A stretch of DNA of 24,249 nt from Candidatus Eiseniibacteriota bacterium (GTDB lineage: Bacteria; Eisenbacteria; RBG-16-71-46). Made by a program: the position numbers and the translations under genes. Under the pieces are notes generated by a model. The model searched no databases. It worked only from the letters and a program-made list of their open reading frames with translations, and was not told where the DNA came from. Each line of letters opens with the position of its first letter. Within the stretch, counting starts at the first letter, position 1. Below are positions 8,399-16,390 of the stretch, in pieces. The DNA is taken from contig JANMQY010000054.1 of the NCBI GenBank assembly GCA_031370785.1, positions 1 to 24,249 of the forward strand. The letters run 5' to 3'.

Positions 8399-9175
8399 AT
8401 GTATCCGATCGATCTGAAGGGCAAGAACGCGCTGGTCATGGGCGTCGCCAACCATCGCAGCCTGTCGTGGGCGATCGCGCAGTGTCTGCATCAGGCGGGC
8501 GCGCGGCTGTGCCTGACCTACGCCGGCGAGCGCTTCAAACCCATGGTCGAAGAGCTGGCGGTGACGGCGCCCGGCACGCTCCTGCTCGAATGCGACGTGA
8601 CTCGCGACGAGACCATCGACGCGGTGGCAAAGCGTCTCACCAGCGAGTGGGGCGCGATCGACGTGCTGGTGCACGGCATCGCGTTCGCGCGCAAGGAGGA
8701 CCTCGAGGGAATGTTCGTCGCCACCCCGCGCGAGGGATTCCAGATGGCGCTGGACGTGAGCGCGTACTCGCTGCTCAACATCACCAACCGCATGCTCCCG
8801 CTGCTCGAGAAGAACGGCGCCTCGATCGTGACCCTCTCCTACCTCGCGGCCGAGCGCGCCGTGCCCTCCTACAACGTGATGGGCAGCGCAAAGGCGGTGC
8901 TCGAGCAGAGCGTGCGCCAGCTCGCGTACGAGCTTGGCCCCAAGAACATCCGCATCAACGCGCTCTCGGCTGGCCCTGTCAGCACGCTCGCCGCGCGCGG
9001 GATCCATGGCTTCACCGACATGCTGAAGAAGCACGCCGAGAAGGCGCCTCTCAAGCGCAACATCTCGAAGGAAGAGGTGGGGAAGGCCGGGCTGTTCCTG
9101 CTCTCCGACCTCTCGAGCGGCATTACCGGCGAGACGCTTTACGTCGACGCGGGCTATCACATCATGGGCTGGTAG
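8399..9175 (+). CDS. fabI: Enoyl-ACP reductase FabI
   Basis: GVANHRSLSWAIA, DVSAYSL, YNVMGSAKA (Y-x6-K), INALSAGPVSTLAA, ITGETLYVDAG; SD GGAGG. Confidence 0.95.
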   Translation: MYPIDLKGKNALVMGVANHRSLSWAIAQCLHQAGARLCLTYAGERFKPMVEELAVTAPGTLLLECDVTRDETIDAVAKRLTSEWGAIDVLVHGIAFARKEDLEGMFVATPREGFQMALDVSAYSLLNITNRMLPLLEKNGASIVTLSYLAAERAVPSYNVMGSAKAVLEQSVRQLAYELGPKNIRINALSAGPVSTLAARGIHGFTDMLKKHAEKAPLKRNISKEEVGKAGLFLLSDLSSGITGETLYVDAGYHIMGW

Positions 9176-9230
9176 AGCGCGCGAGTTGCGGCGAGTCGTC
9201 TGCCGTCGCTCGACGGCACAGGCCCGTGCC

Positions 9231-10832
9231 TCAGAACCTGGTCGTCAGCCTCAGCTCCGCACCCTTGAACGCAAGCACCTGGTAACACGTGCCAGCCGTG
9301 CACGCGAGCCCACCGCGGCGCTCGCCGTAGAACAGCGTAGCCTCGTGTTTCTCGGAAACCCGCGCGTGGACGGTCGCCGCGACGAAATCGCGCGGATCCA
9401 CCGCACCGCCGAACTTCGCCGGGTCTTCTTCGAGCGGATCGTTGGTGTGCTCCCAGATCATCGCCACGCTCCCCCACTCCGCGCGTGCGGCTTCGGCTGA
9501 GAGGTAGCGATCGACGAATGTGGTCTTGCCGCGCATCGCACGCTGCTGCTGCACGTCGAGGCTCGTGGACCAGCGGGGCGTCACGCGCCAGGTCGCCGAT
9601 CCACCCATGACGCGTCGCGCTCTGAGGCCGACGAACTCGTCCCGGCCGCGGTCGTAGAATAGCGCACCTTCGATCGTCGCTCGCGCTGGCCTCATGCGCA
9701 GTTCGAAGAATCGCTCCTCGAATCGTTTCGGCGTGATCGACCGCTTCGTGTCCGCGCGCGTGAGATTCGCGGTCGCAGTCAACCCGAGCGGCGCGGCCCA
9801 CGCGCCTTCGAGCTGAAAGCCACGCTCGTCGTCAGCATTCAGCACGTGCGTGCCGCGATTCAGGAGGTGCGCCGACTGCTCGCGCACCAGCGAAGGCGGA
9901 TCGTTCGTGCCGAGCCGGAAGTGCTGATAGTCCTTCCACTCGGCCGAGAAGCTGACCGTGTTCCAGATGAGATTCGCGGACGCGTACAGCGCATGCGTAT
10001 CGCGCGTCGCGGTCGAGAACGATGTCCACTGAGAAGCCTTGCGACCGAGCTGCGCGTACTCGAAGTAGAGTGGCAGCGAGACCGCGTGAATGGCGAACGC
10101 ATCGAGCGGATCGATGCCCGCGAATCCCGAACCCAGCTCCTGCTGCTGCGCGCCGGTGCTGGTCGAGCGCAGGTAGGCGGCGCCGACCGTGCCGCTGCCA
10201 TGAAAGTCGAGCGAGGTCTGTCCGCCGGCGAGCTCTCCGGCGTAGCGGACCGAGCCCGTGCCCGGCGACGAGAGCCCGGTGTTCGCCGTGCCGGCGAGGA
10301 GCCGCGTGCTCCAGGGTCCGAGCGACGCCTCGACCAGTGCCCCGTCCACGTCGCGCGAAGGTCCGTAGCGCGAAAGCGTGCTCTGCTCGTTCAGGATGAC
10401 TCCCGGCAGCTCGAACGAGCGATGGATCATTCCGCGCCCGAGCAGCGTATAGACGGTTCCGACACGCGCGCGCAGGTGGTTGTCGCTCCACTCGACGAAG
10501 CGCCGGGTGAACGTCGCGTACGCGAGCGTATTGTCGCTGCTGCGATCGGTCTCGAAGCGTCCGCCGATTCGCCCCCACGACGTGCGCACGTCCAGATCGA
10601 GGGCATCGTAGAGTGAGGTGCGATTGGGCGGATTCAGGAACGGCACGTTGCCGGCCTGTGCCTCGAGCAGGTTGGTGCCCTGGATCTGCGTCTGTGCCAG
10701 GCTCATGCTGCAGGACGCCAGAAGGAATGCGGCGCCGAACGTGAGAACTCGCAGCGTCGGCACCGACACGTGCGCCAGCACACGCGCCGTCGCGGCCCAG
10801 GCGAGGGTGGCGCGAGCGAGATCGTGAATCAA
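9231..10832 (-). CDS. Outer-membrane beta-barrel protein, DUF6029-like, with C-terminal CxxGxC
   Basis: Amphipathic beta-strand pattern and terminal Phe (…LRLTTRF). Motifs G.VYTLLGRG, EWKDY, NDPPSL and GERRGGLACTAGTC recall DUF6029. TTG 10832 overlaps the TlpA stop (TTGA); GTG 10769 is an alternative start. Confidence 0.7.
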   Translation of the reverse strand: MIHDLARATLAWAATARVLAHVSVPTLRVLTFGAAFLLASCSMSLAQTQIQGTNLLEAQAGNVPFLNPPNRTSLYDALDLDVRTSWGRIGGRFETDRSSDNTLAYATFTRRFVEWSDNHLRARVGTVYTLLGRGMIHRSFELPGVILNEQSTLSRYGPSRDVDGALVEASLGPWSTRLLAGTANTGLSSPGTGSVRYAGELAGGQTSLDFHGSGTVGAAYLRSTSTGAQQQELGSGFAGIDPLDAFAIHAVSLPLYFEYAQLGRKASQWTSFSTATRDTHALYASANLIWNTVSFSAEWKDYQHFRLGTNDPPSLVREQSAHLLNRGTHVLNADDERGFQLEGAWAAPLGLTATANLTRADTKRSITPKRFEERFFELRMRPARATIEGALFYDRGRDEFVGLRARRVMGGSATWRVTPRWSTSLDVQQQRAMRGKTTFVDRYLSAEAARAEWGSVAMIWEHTNDPLEEDPAKFGGAVDPRDFVAATVHARVSEKHEATLFYGERRGGLACTAGTCYQVLAFKGAELRLTTRF

Positions 10833-11491
10833 CGACCGCCCGCCGAATCCGCTGCGGCCGAGTCTGCATGCACGGCGGGCGCCGCCATCGCGCCGGGATT
10901 TTGCAAGGAGTCGATCGCCGCCGAGTCTGCGCGCGCCGCAAGCAGCGTACGAACCGCGGCCTCGAGCGAGGCGATCTCGCCGGGGTGATAGCCTTCAGTC
11001 ACGCGCACCATCGCACCGCTTCGATCGATGAGCACGGTGGTCGGCATGGCGCGCACCGCGAAGCGCTGCGACAGACTTCCGTCCGCATCGAGAGCGATGG
11101 GATAGGTGATGCCGAGCTTCGAGGCAAATGGCCGCACGCGCGCGAAGTTGCGAGGTCCGTCGACCGAGATGCCGATAACGGTGAGCCCCCGGGCCGAATA
11201 GGTGCGATGGAGGCGCTGCAACTCGGGAATCTCTTCGAGGCACGGCTTGCACCACGTTGCCCAGAAGTCGACCAGCACCGGACCATGCGCGCGCAGCCTG
11301 TCGAGATCGAGCATCTCGCCCGAGACACTGCGAACGTGGAAGGCTGGAGCTTCCGCAGCGCGCGAGTGTGAAGCGATCGCGACCGCCATGGCCAGCGCCG
11401 CGCACGCGACCGCCAGCACCATTCGTGCACGGATCGCGCGCCAGGGCGAGCGGGGCCGGCGCATGAGGGCGACCGATCGGCGTGCGCTCAT
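10829..11491 (-). CDS. Exported TlpA/ResA-family thiol-disulfide reductase
   Basis: VDFWATWCKPC, GISVD and cis-Pro MPTT motifs; signal peptide; ATGA overlap with the upstream gene. Confidence 0.9.
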   Translation of the reverse strand: MSARRSVALMRRPRSPWRAIRARMVLAVACAALAMAVAIASHSRAAEAPAFHVRSVSGEMLDLDRLRAHGPVLVDFWATWCKPCLEEIPELQRLHRTYSARGLTVIGISVDGPRNFARVRPFASKLGITYPIALDADGSLSQRFAVRAMPTTVLIDRSGAMVRVTEGYHPGEIASLEAAVRTLLAARADSAAIDSLQNPGAMAAPAVHADSAAADSAGGR

Positions 11492-12330
11492 GGCACGAGC
11501 GCGATGCGACGCAGGACCCGCATGCCGCCGCGCTGTGCGCGAATCAGGTAGATCCCCGCCGCAACTTTCGCCCCCTCGTCGGTGCGCGCGTTCCAGGTCA
11601 CGCGCAGCACACCGCCGGGGATGGGCCGGTTCCAGAGCGTCGCGATGCGTCGTCCGTCGAGGCCGAAGACCTCGACGCGTGCAGCCGCCGCGTCATCTGC
11701 GGGAGCGCGGAACTCGATGGAAACGTCTCCGTGTGAAGGATTGGGCGACGCCGCAAGAGCCAGAGATCCCAGCGTTCCCGGGCCGACTCCCGCATTGCTG
11801 CTCACGAGCGAATCCACAGCGCCACGGATTTCATTCAGGTGGTAGCGATTTCCATGAGGCCACGTGAGCGCAGCGTGGTAGCGAACGATGCCTTGCTTGT
11901 TGATGACAATGAAGTTGTCGAACGGTCCATAGAGCGCGTCGAGGTTGCCGCCGGTCGAACTCGAGCCGTAGTTGAGCAGGGGGAACGTCACCCCGGTCGC
12001 GTCCTGAAAGGTCTGCAGTTTCGCCGGATTGGTGTCGGTGTAGAGATCGGCGCCGAGCACGACCACCTGGCCCGGGTTCATGCTCTGGTAATGCTGAAGG
12101 ATGTCGGCTTCGACCGAAGGACCATTCTGGAGACAGAACGGGCAGCTGTACCCGAGCAGGAACAACACGACCACCTTGCCGGAATAATCCGAGAGCGACC
12201 GCGAAACGGAATTCAGATCGGTCTTGGTGAATTCGGGCGCCGTCGCTCCGTTCGGGATCAGCGCGTGCGCCGGGGTCGCAGCGACGCACGTCGCCAGCGC
12301 GATCAGAAGTCGGGAAACGACAGGTCTCAT
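11488..12330 (-). CDS. Secreted redoxin (AhpC/TSA-TlpA fold, CPFC) fused to C-terminal FlgD-Ig/T9SS-CTD-like domain
   Basis: ATG 12330 with SD GGAGGT; signal peptide ending AHA; APEFTKTDL...SLSDYSGKVVVL...SCPFC; tail SPNP...GLDGRRIATL...WN...GIYLIR. Confidence 0.85.
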   Translation of the reverse strand: MRPVVSRLLIALATCVAATPAHALIPNGATAPEFTKTDLNSVSRSLSDYSGKVVVLFLLGYSCPFCLQNGPSVEADILQHYQSMNPGQVVVLGADLYTDTNPAKLQTFQDATGVTFPLLNYGSSSTGGNLDALYGPFDNFIVINKQGIVRYHAALTWPHGNRYHLNEIRGAVDSLVSSNAGVGPGTLGSLALAASPNPSHGDVSIEFRAPADDAAAARVEVFGLDGRRIATLWNRPIPGGVLRVTWNARTDEGAKVAAGIYLIRAQRGGMRVLRRIALVP

Positions 12331-12369
12331 GAAAGCCACCTCCATGGAGTCGCGTGTGGGCGCGCAACG

Positions 12370-12552
12370 TCGCGCGATCGGCCTGAGTCTATCAGGGAGC
12401 CGTTCAGCGGATGGTTGGGTGCGGGAGATACGTCCCAGGTCCAGCGGATGTGACCCGTTTGCCCGCACTGTTGCACGCACGCCGCACCCACCCCATACGC
12501 CTGCTGAATCCGGGCGGTTCAGGCCCGGGCGAATCACGCCGAGATCGTGCGA
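12370..12552 (+). ncRNA. Candidate 6S-RNA-like structured ncRNA (~183 nt rod with central internal loop)
   Basis: Nested helices: 12370-79/12543-52, 12380-87/12518-25, 12403-10/12501-08, 12411-14/12493-96, 12416-24/12482-90. Three of them contain a G-U pair on the + strand. It carries the 6S-like CCTGAG and CTGAATC-N5-GGTTCAGG elements. Confidence 0.4.
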
Positions 12553-12585
12553 TTTCAGGGTCCAGGCTCGAGTTCGAGCGCCCCG

Positions 12586-12610
12586 GGAATAGCACCCTCC
12601 CTCTGGCGTA
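12586..12610 (+). promoter_or_regulatory. Putative ECF sigma-factor promoter
   Basis: GGAAT (12586-90), 16 nt, CGTA (12607-10), about 56 nt upstream of ATG 12667. Confidence 0.45.
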
Positions 12611-12666
12611 ATCCATGCGAAGCCCACGCTGAGACCCGACCCGGATTCGCCAAACGGAGGAACGTC

Positions 12667-13680
12667 ATGAACCTCACGCTACTCGTCCAGAACCTGCGCA
12701 GTGCGATCCACTGGCTGCGCGCCAGTCTTGCACTCGCATCGCTCGCGGGTCGGGAGCCCGAACGAATTCCGGTGCCCGTTCCCGTGCGTCGTCCCTCGCC
12801 CTACGCGAGAGTGATCGCCTGCACGCTCGGGCTGTCGCTGGTCGCGATCGCGCCCCAGGCGCACGCGGCTCAGTGGCGGCCGGCCTCCAACACCCATGTG
12901 CGCGGCCAGCTGGTGGACGTGCAGATGGTGGTGGACGGCAGCGCCGCACCGCTGTTTCAGCGTCGTGGCCAGTGGGACAAGAGCTACTTCGAAGCATTCA
13001 CCGGTCGCAACTATTCGATTCGCCTGCACAACCTGACCAGCGAGCGGATCGGCGTGCTGATCACGGTGGACGGCCTCAATGTCGTGAACGGTGAGCGCAC
13101 CGGCCTCGGCAACAACGAGTCGATGTACGTGCTCGACCCGTACGAGAGCAGCAGCATCCGCGGATGGCGGAGCTCGCTCGATGAGGTGCGCCGCTTCGTC
13201 TTCGTCGACGAGGAGCGGTCCTACGCCTCGCGCACCAATCAGGCGAATGGTGACATGGGCTGGATCCGCGTGGTCACGTTCCGGGAGAACCGGCCGATCA
13301 GCCGCTGGGGCCAGATCAAGGGAGGCTACCGCGATGGCGGCGGGAGCGACGGCGCGGTGCCCTACGACTCGAGCCCGCAGAGCGGCGAGGAGTCGCGCAC
13401 TCAGGAGCGCGCACCGCGCAGCGCGGCGCCGGATGCGGCGAAAGACTACGCCTACAACCACGACGAGTCGGCGCCCGGCACGGGCTGGGGCGAGCGGAGC
13501 CGCGATCCGGTGAACCGCACCGTCTTCAACGCCAACGCCGACGCCTCGGACATGATCGTGCTGCGTTACGAGTACGAGTCTGGCCTGCGCGCGCTGGGCA
13601 TCTACCCGCGCCGCGACCGGAACCGGACGTGGGAGCGCGAGCAGGGCGATCTGGGATTCGCGAAGCCGCCGCGCTGGTAG
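12667..13680 (+). CDS. Hypothetical, probably exported beta-sandwich protein
   Basis: SD GGAGG at 12656-60 and ATG 12667. Internal signal-like segment ending AHA. Conserved-looking YSIRLHN...VDGLNVVNG...YVLDP...IRGWR...FVF...SYASRT core. Followed by a terminator. Confidence 0.8.
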   Translation: MNLTLLVQNLRSAIHWLRASLALASLAGREPERIPVPVPVRRPSPYARVIACTLGLSLVAIAPQAHAAQWRPASNTHVRGQLVDVQMVVDGSAAPLFQRRGQWDKSYFEAFTGRNYSIRLHNLTSERIGVLITVDGLNVVNGERTGLGNNESMYVLDPYESSSIRGWRSSLDEVRRFVFVDEERSYASRTNQANGDMGWIRVVTFRENRPISRWGQIKGGYRDGGGSDGAVPYDSSPQSGEESRTQERAPRSAAPDAAKDYAYNHDESAPGTGWGERSRDPVNRTVFNANADASDMIVLRYEYESGLRALGIYPRRDRNRTWEREQGDLGFAKPPRW

Positions 13681-13702
13681 TGGCCGAGAGCGGAGCGAAC
13701 GA

Positions 13703-13732
13703 GCGGCGGGCCCAAAAGGACCCGCCGTTTTT
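13703..13732 (+). terminator. Rho-independent terminator
   Basis: GCGGCGGG-CCC-AAAA-GGA-CCCGCCG followed by TTTTT, between convergent genes. Confidence 0.8.
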
Positions 13733-13735
13733 CGT

Positions 13736-14776
13736 TCATGCGTAGACGCGGAACGCGGTCGCCTTGATCGAAGCCCACACGCGCTGACCCGGCGCGAGGA
13801 ACAGCGCCTCCGCCGCCTGGCGCGTCACCTCGGCGCTGAGCGGCACTCCCGCATCGAGCCGCACCCGCACCCGGCTGCCCAGCACGAGCAGGTCGCGCAC
13901 GGTCGCCTCGAGCACGTTGCGCGCCGAGCCGTGCGGCGCTTCGCGCGCGAGCGTCACCTCTTCGGGGTCGAGCGCGAGGTAGACCTCGCCCTCGAGATCG
14001 TCGGCCAGAACGTGGAACTCGACCGCGCCGACCCGTGCCGCGCGCAGGCCACGGCCGGGATCGAGACGCGCATTCCAGAAGTTGAGCCCGGCGAGCCCGG
14101 CCGCGAACGGACCACGCGGCGCGGCTTCGATCTCGCTCCAGGTGCCGGTCTGCACGATGCGGCCCGCTTCCATCACCGCGACGCGCTCGCCGAACACGCG
14201 CGCATCCAGCGGATCGTGGGTCACGATCACGGTCGGTACGCGCGCCTCCTCGAGAAACGCGCGAAGCTCGTGGCGCACGGCGCCGCGCGTCGTGACATCG
14301 AGCGCGCCGAACGGCTCATCGAGCAGCAGCGCCGCGGGCTTGGAGGCGAGCGCCCGGGCCAGCGCGACGCGCTGGCGCTCGCCGCCCGAGATCTCGCGCG
14401 GCCGGCGCGCGGCGAGCGCGGCGAGCCCGAGCCGCTCCAGCCACTCCATCGCGCCGCTCCCGCCCCGCGCTCCGTAGGCGACGTTCTCGCGCACCGTCAG
14501 GTGCGGGAACAGCGCCCCATCCTGAAACATCAGCGCGATCCTGCGCCGCGACGGCGGCACGTCCACTCCGCGCGCGGTATCGCACAGAGGACGGCCGTCG
14601 AGCGTGACGATGCCGCGGTCCGGCGCGCTCAGCCCGGCGATCAGGCTGAGCAGGGTGCTCTTCCCCGCCCCGCTCGGCCCGAACAGCGCCATGCGTTCCC
14701 CGGCGTGCGCTTCGAGCGTCGCGTCGAGGGCGAAGCCGGGCAGCGCGAGGGCGGCCTCGACGCTGAGCACGTTCAT
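13736..14776 (-). CDS. modC: Molybdate ABC transporter ATPase ModC with TOBE domain
   Basis: Walker A GPSGAGKS, signature ISGGERQR, Walker B LLLDEP, H-loop VTHD; TOBE SARN...IKAT; ATG 14776 overlaps the modB stop (ATGA). Confidence 0.9.
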   Translation of the reverse strand: MNVLSVEAALALPGFALDATLEAHAGERMALFGPSGAGKSTLLSLIAGLSAPDRGIVTLDGRPLCDTARGVDVPPSRRRIALMFQDGALFPHLTVRENVAYGARGGSGAMEWLERLGLAALAARRPREISGGERQRVALARALASKPAALLLDEPFGALDVTTRGAVRHELRAFLEEARVPTVIVTHDPLDARVFGERVAVMEAGRIVQTGTWSEIEAAPRGPFAAGLAGLNFWNARLDPGRGLRAARVGAVEFHVLADDLEGEVYLALDPEEVTLAREAPHGSARNVLEATVRDLLVLGSRVRVRLDAGVPLSAEVTRQAAEALFLAPGQRVWASIKATAFRVYA

Positions 14777-15582
14777 GGGCCGGTCCCCCGCCACGAGCGC
14801 GCCACCAGCCGCGCCGCGGTGAGCGCCACCAGCGCCAGCAGCAGCGAGAGCGCGGACACCGCGAGCGCGGTGTCGATGTCGCTCTCCATCAGGCTCATCA
14901 CCGCGAGCGCCAGCGTCTGGGTTTTCCCCGGCAGATTGCCGGCGAACATCATGGTGGCGCCGAACTCGCTGAGCGCGCGCGCCCACGCGAGCAGCGCGCC
15001 CGCAATCAGCGATGGGCGGGCGAGCGGCACGGCCACGGTCCAGAACGCGCGCCATCGCCCCGCCCCGAGCGTCCAGGCCGCCTGCTCCAGGCGCACGTCC
15101 ACCGACTCGAACCCGGCGCGTGCGGCGCGCACGAAGAACGGCGCCGCGATCGTGACCTGCGCCAGCACCACCGCGGCAGTCGTGAACGGAAGGCGCACAC
15201 CCGCCGGCGCGAGGAAACGCCCGAACCATCCTTCACGCCCGAACGCGAGCAGGAGCGCCAGCCCCGCGACCACCGGCGGAATCGCGATCGGAAGATCGAC
15301 CAGCACGTCGAGCGCGGCGCGCCCGCGGAAGCGATAGCGGGCGAGCAGGTAGGCGACCGGCAGCCCGAGCGCGATGCACAGCAGAGTCGACACCGTGCTG
15401 GTGATCAAGGTCAGCGCGAGCGCGCGGCGCGCCGCCTCGGACCCGAGCTGGGCCAGCCAGTGCGCCGGATCGGGACGGAGCGCGAGCGCGAGAAGCGGCA
15501 GCGCGGTGAACAGCGCGAGAGGAAGCGAGGCCGCGAGAAGCGGGGCGAGACCCTCGCGGCGTCCGCGGCCGGGATCACTCAC
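14773..15582 (-). CDS. modB: Molybdate ABC transporter permease ModB
   Basis: LVDLPIAIPPVVAGLALL, EAA loop LEQAAWTLGA, WARALSEFGAT, GNLPGKTQT; GTG 15582 lies 1 nt after the modA stop. Confidence 0.9.
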   Translation of the reverse strand: MSDPGRGRREGLAPLLAASLPLALFTALPLLALALRPDPAHWLAQLGSEAARRALALTLITSTVSTLLCIALGLPVAYLLARYRFRGRAALDVLVDLPIAIPPVVAGLALLLAFGREGWFGRFLAPAGVRLPFTTAAVVLAQVTIAAPFFVRAARAGFESVDVRLEQAAWTLGAGRWRAFWTVAVPLARPSLIAGALLAWARALSEFGATMMFAGNLPGKTQTLALAVMSLMESDIDTALAVSALSLLLALVALTAARLVARSWRGTGP

Positions 15583-15583
15583 G

Positions 15584-16390
15584 TCAATGCCGGAAGCCGT
15601 GACGCGCGAGGATCGCGCGGCCTTCGGGGCCAAGCGCGAAGCGCACGAACGCCGCGGCCTCCGGCCCCGCGTTTCCGCGCACCGTCGCGATCCAGTAGGT
15701 GGCATCGACGTTGAGCCGATCCGGGATCTCCACGACGCGCACCCGGCCCTTCGCCCCTTCCACATCGGTCGCGTACACGATCCCGGCGTCAGCCTCGCCG
15801 AGCGCGACCTTGGCGAGCACCGCACGCACGTCGGCCTCTCGACTCACCACGTTGGCTTCGATCGCGCGGCGCAGATTCTCTCCGAGCGCGCGGTCGGCGC
15901 CGATGTTGGCCAGCACCCGGTCGGCGTAGCGACCCGCGGGAGCCGCGGAGACCGCGAGCAGCACGCGCACGCCCGGCCGACCGAGATCGGCAATCGAGCG
16001 CACCGCGCGCGTGCGGACCGGCGCCACGAGCACCATCCGGCTGCGCGCCAGCTCCTGCGGAGCATCGATGAGTTTGGCGCGTGCCAGCGCGTTCATGGGC
16101 GTCGAGTCCGCGAGCGCGATCACGTCGAACCCCGCGCCGTGCTCGAGCTGCGTGCGCAGCGTCTGGCTGCCCGCGAAGCTGAACTCGACTCTTGTCTGTC
16201 CGCTCGCGTGCCTGCCGAGCTCCTCGAACGCATCGGTGAGCGATGCCGCTCCAGCCACTGTGATCGGTCTGGCAGCGCACGCCTCGCCCGCGACGGCGGC
16301 AACGAACAGGCATGATGCCGCGAGCCACACGATGTGCCGTGCGCGGCGCGTGCGTCGATCAGGGCCGGCCTGCCTTCCGTCCGCGATCAC
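15584..16390 (-). CDS. modA: Molybdate ABC transporter substrate-binding protein ModA
   Basis: GAASLTDAF, FAGSQTLRTQLEHGA, PAGRYA, DVRAVLAKVALGEADAGIVYATD; GTG 16390 overlaps the upstream stop (GTGA). Confidence 0.9.
   Translation of the reverse strand: MIADGRQAGPDRRTRRARHIVWLAASCLFVAAVAGEACAARPITVAGAASLTDAFEELGRHASGQTRVEFSFAGSQTLRTQLEHGAGFDVIALADSTPMNALARAKLIDAPQELARSRMVLVAPVRTRAVRSIADLGRPGVRVLLAVSAAPAGRYADRVLANIGADRALGENLRRAIEANVVSREADVRAVLAKVALGEADAGIVYATDVEGAKGRVRVVEIPDRLNVDATYWIATVRGNAGPEAAAFVRFALGPEGRAILARHGFRH

Noticed and set aside
9201..9218. Hairpin TGCCGTCG-CT-CGACGGCA between fabI and the barrel gene as an intrinsic terminator
   Set aside because: There is no U-tract on either strand. 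It may be a pause or stability hairpin but cannot be called a terminator.
12430..12460. SRP RNA (CAGGTCC...)
   Set aside because: The conserved GGAA tetraloop and AGCAG of domain IV are absent.
12425..12470. c-di-GMP-I riboswitch (minus strand GGGCAAAC...GGGACG)
   Set aside because: It lacks the GNRA tetraloop, the following CAAAGC and the second receptor hairpin.
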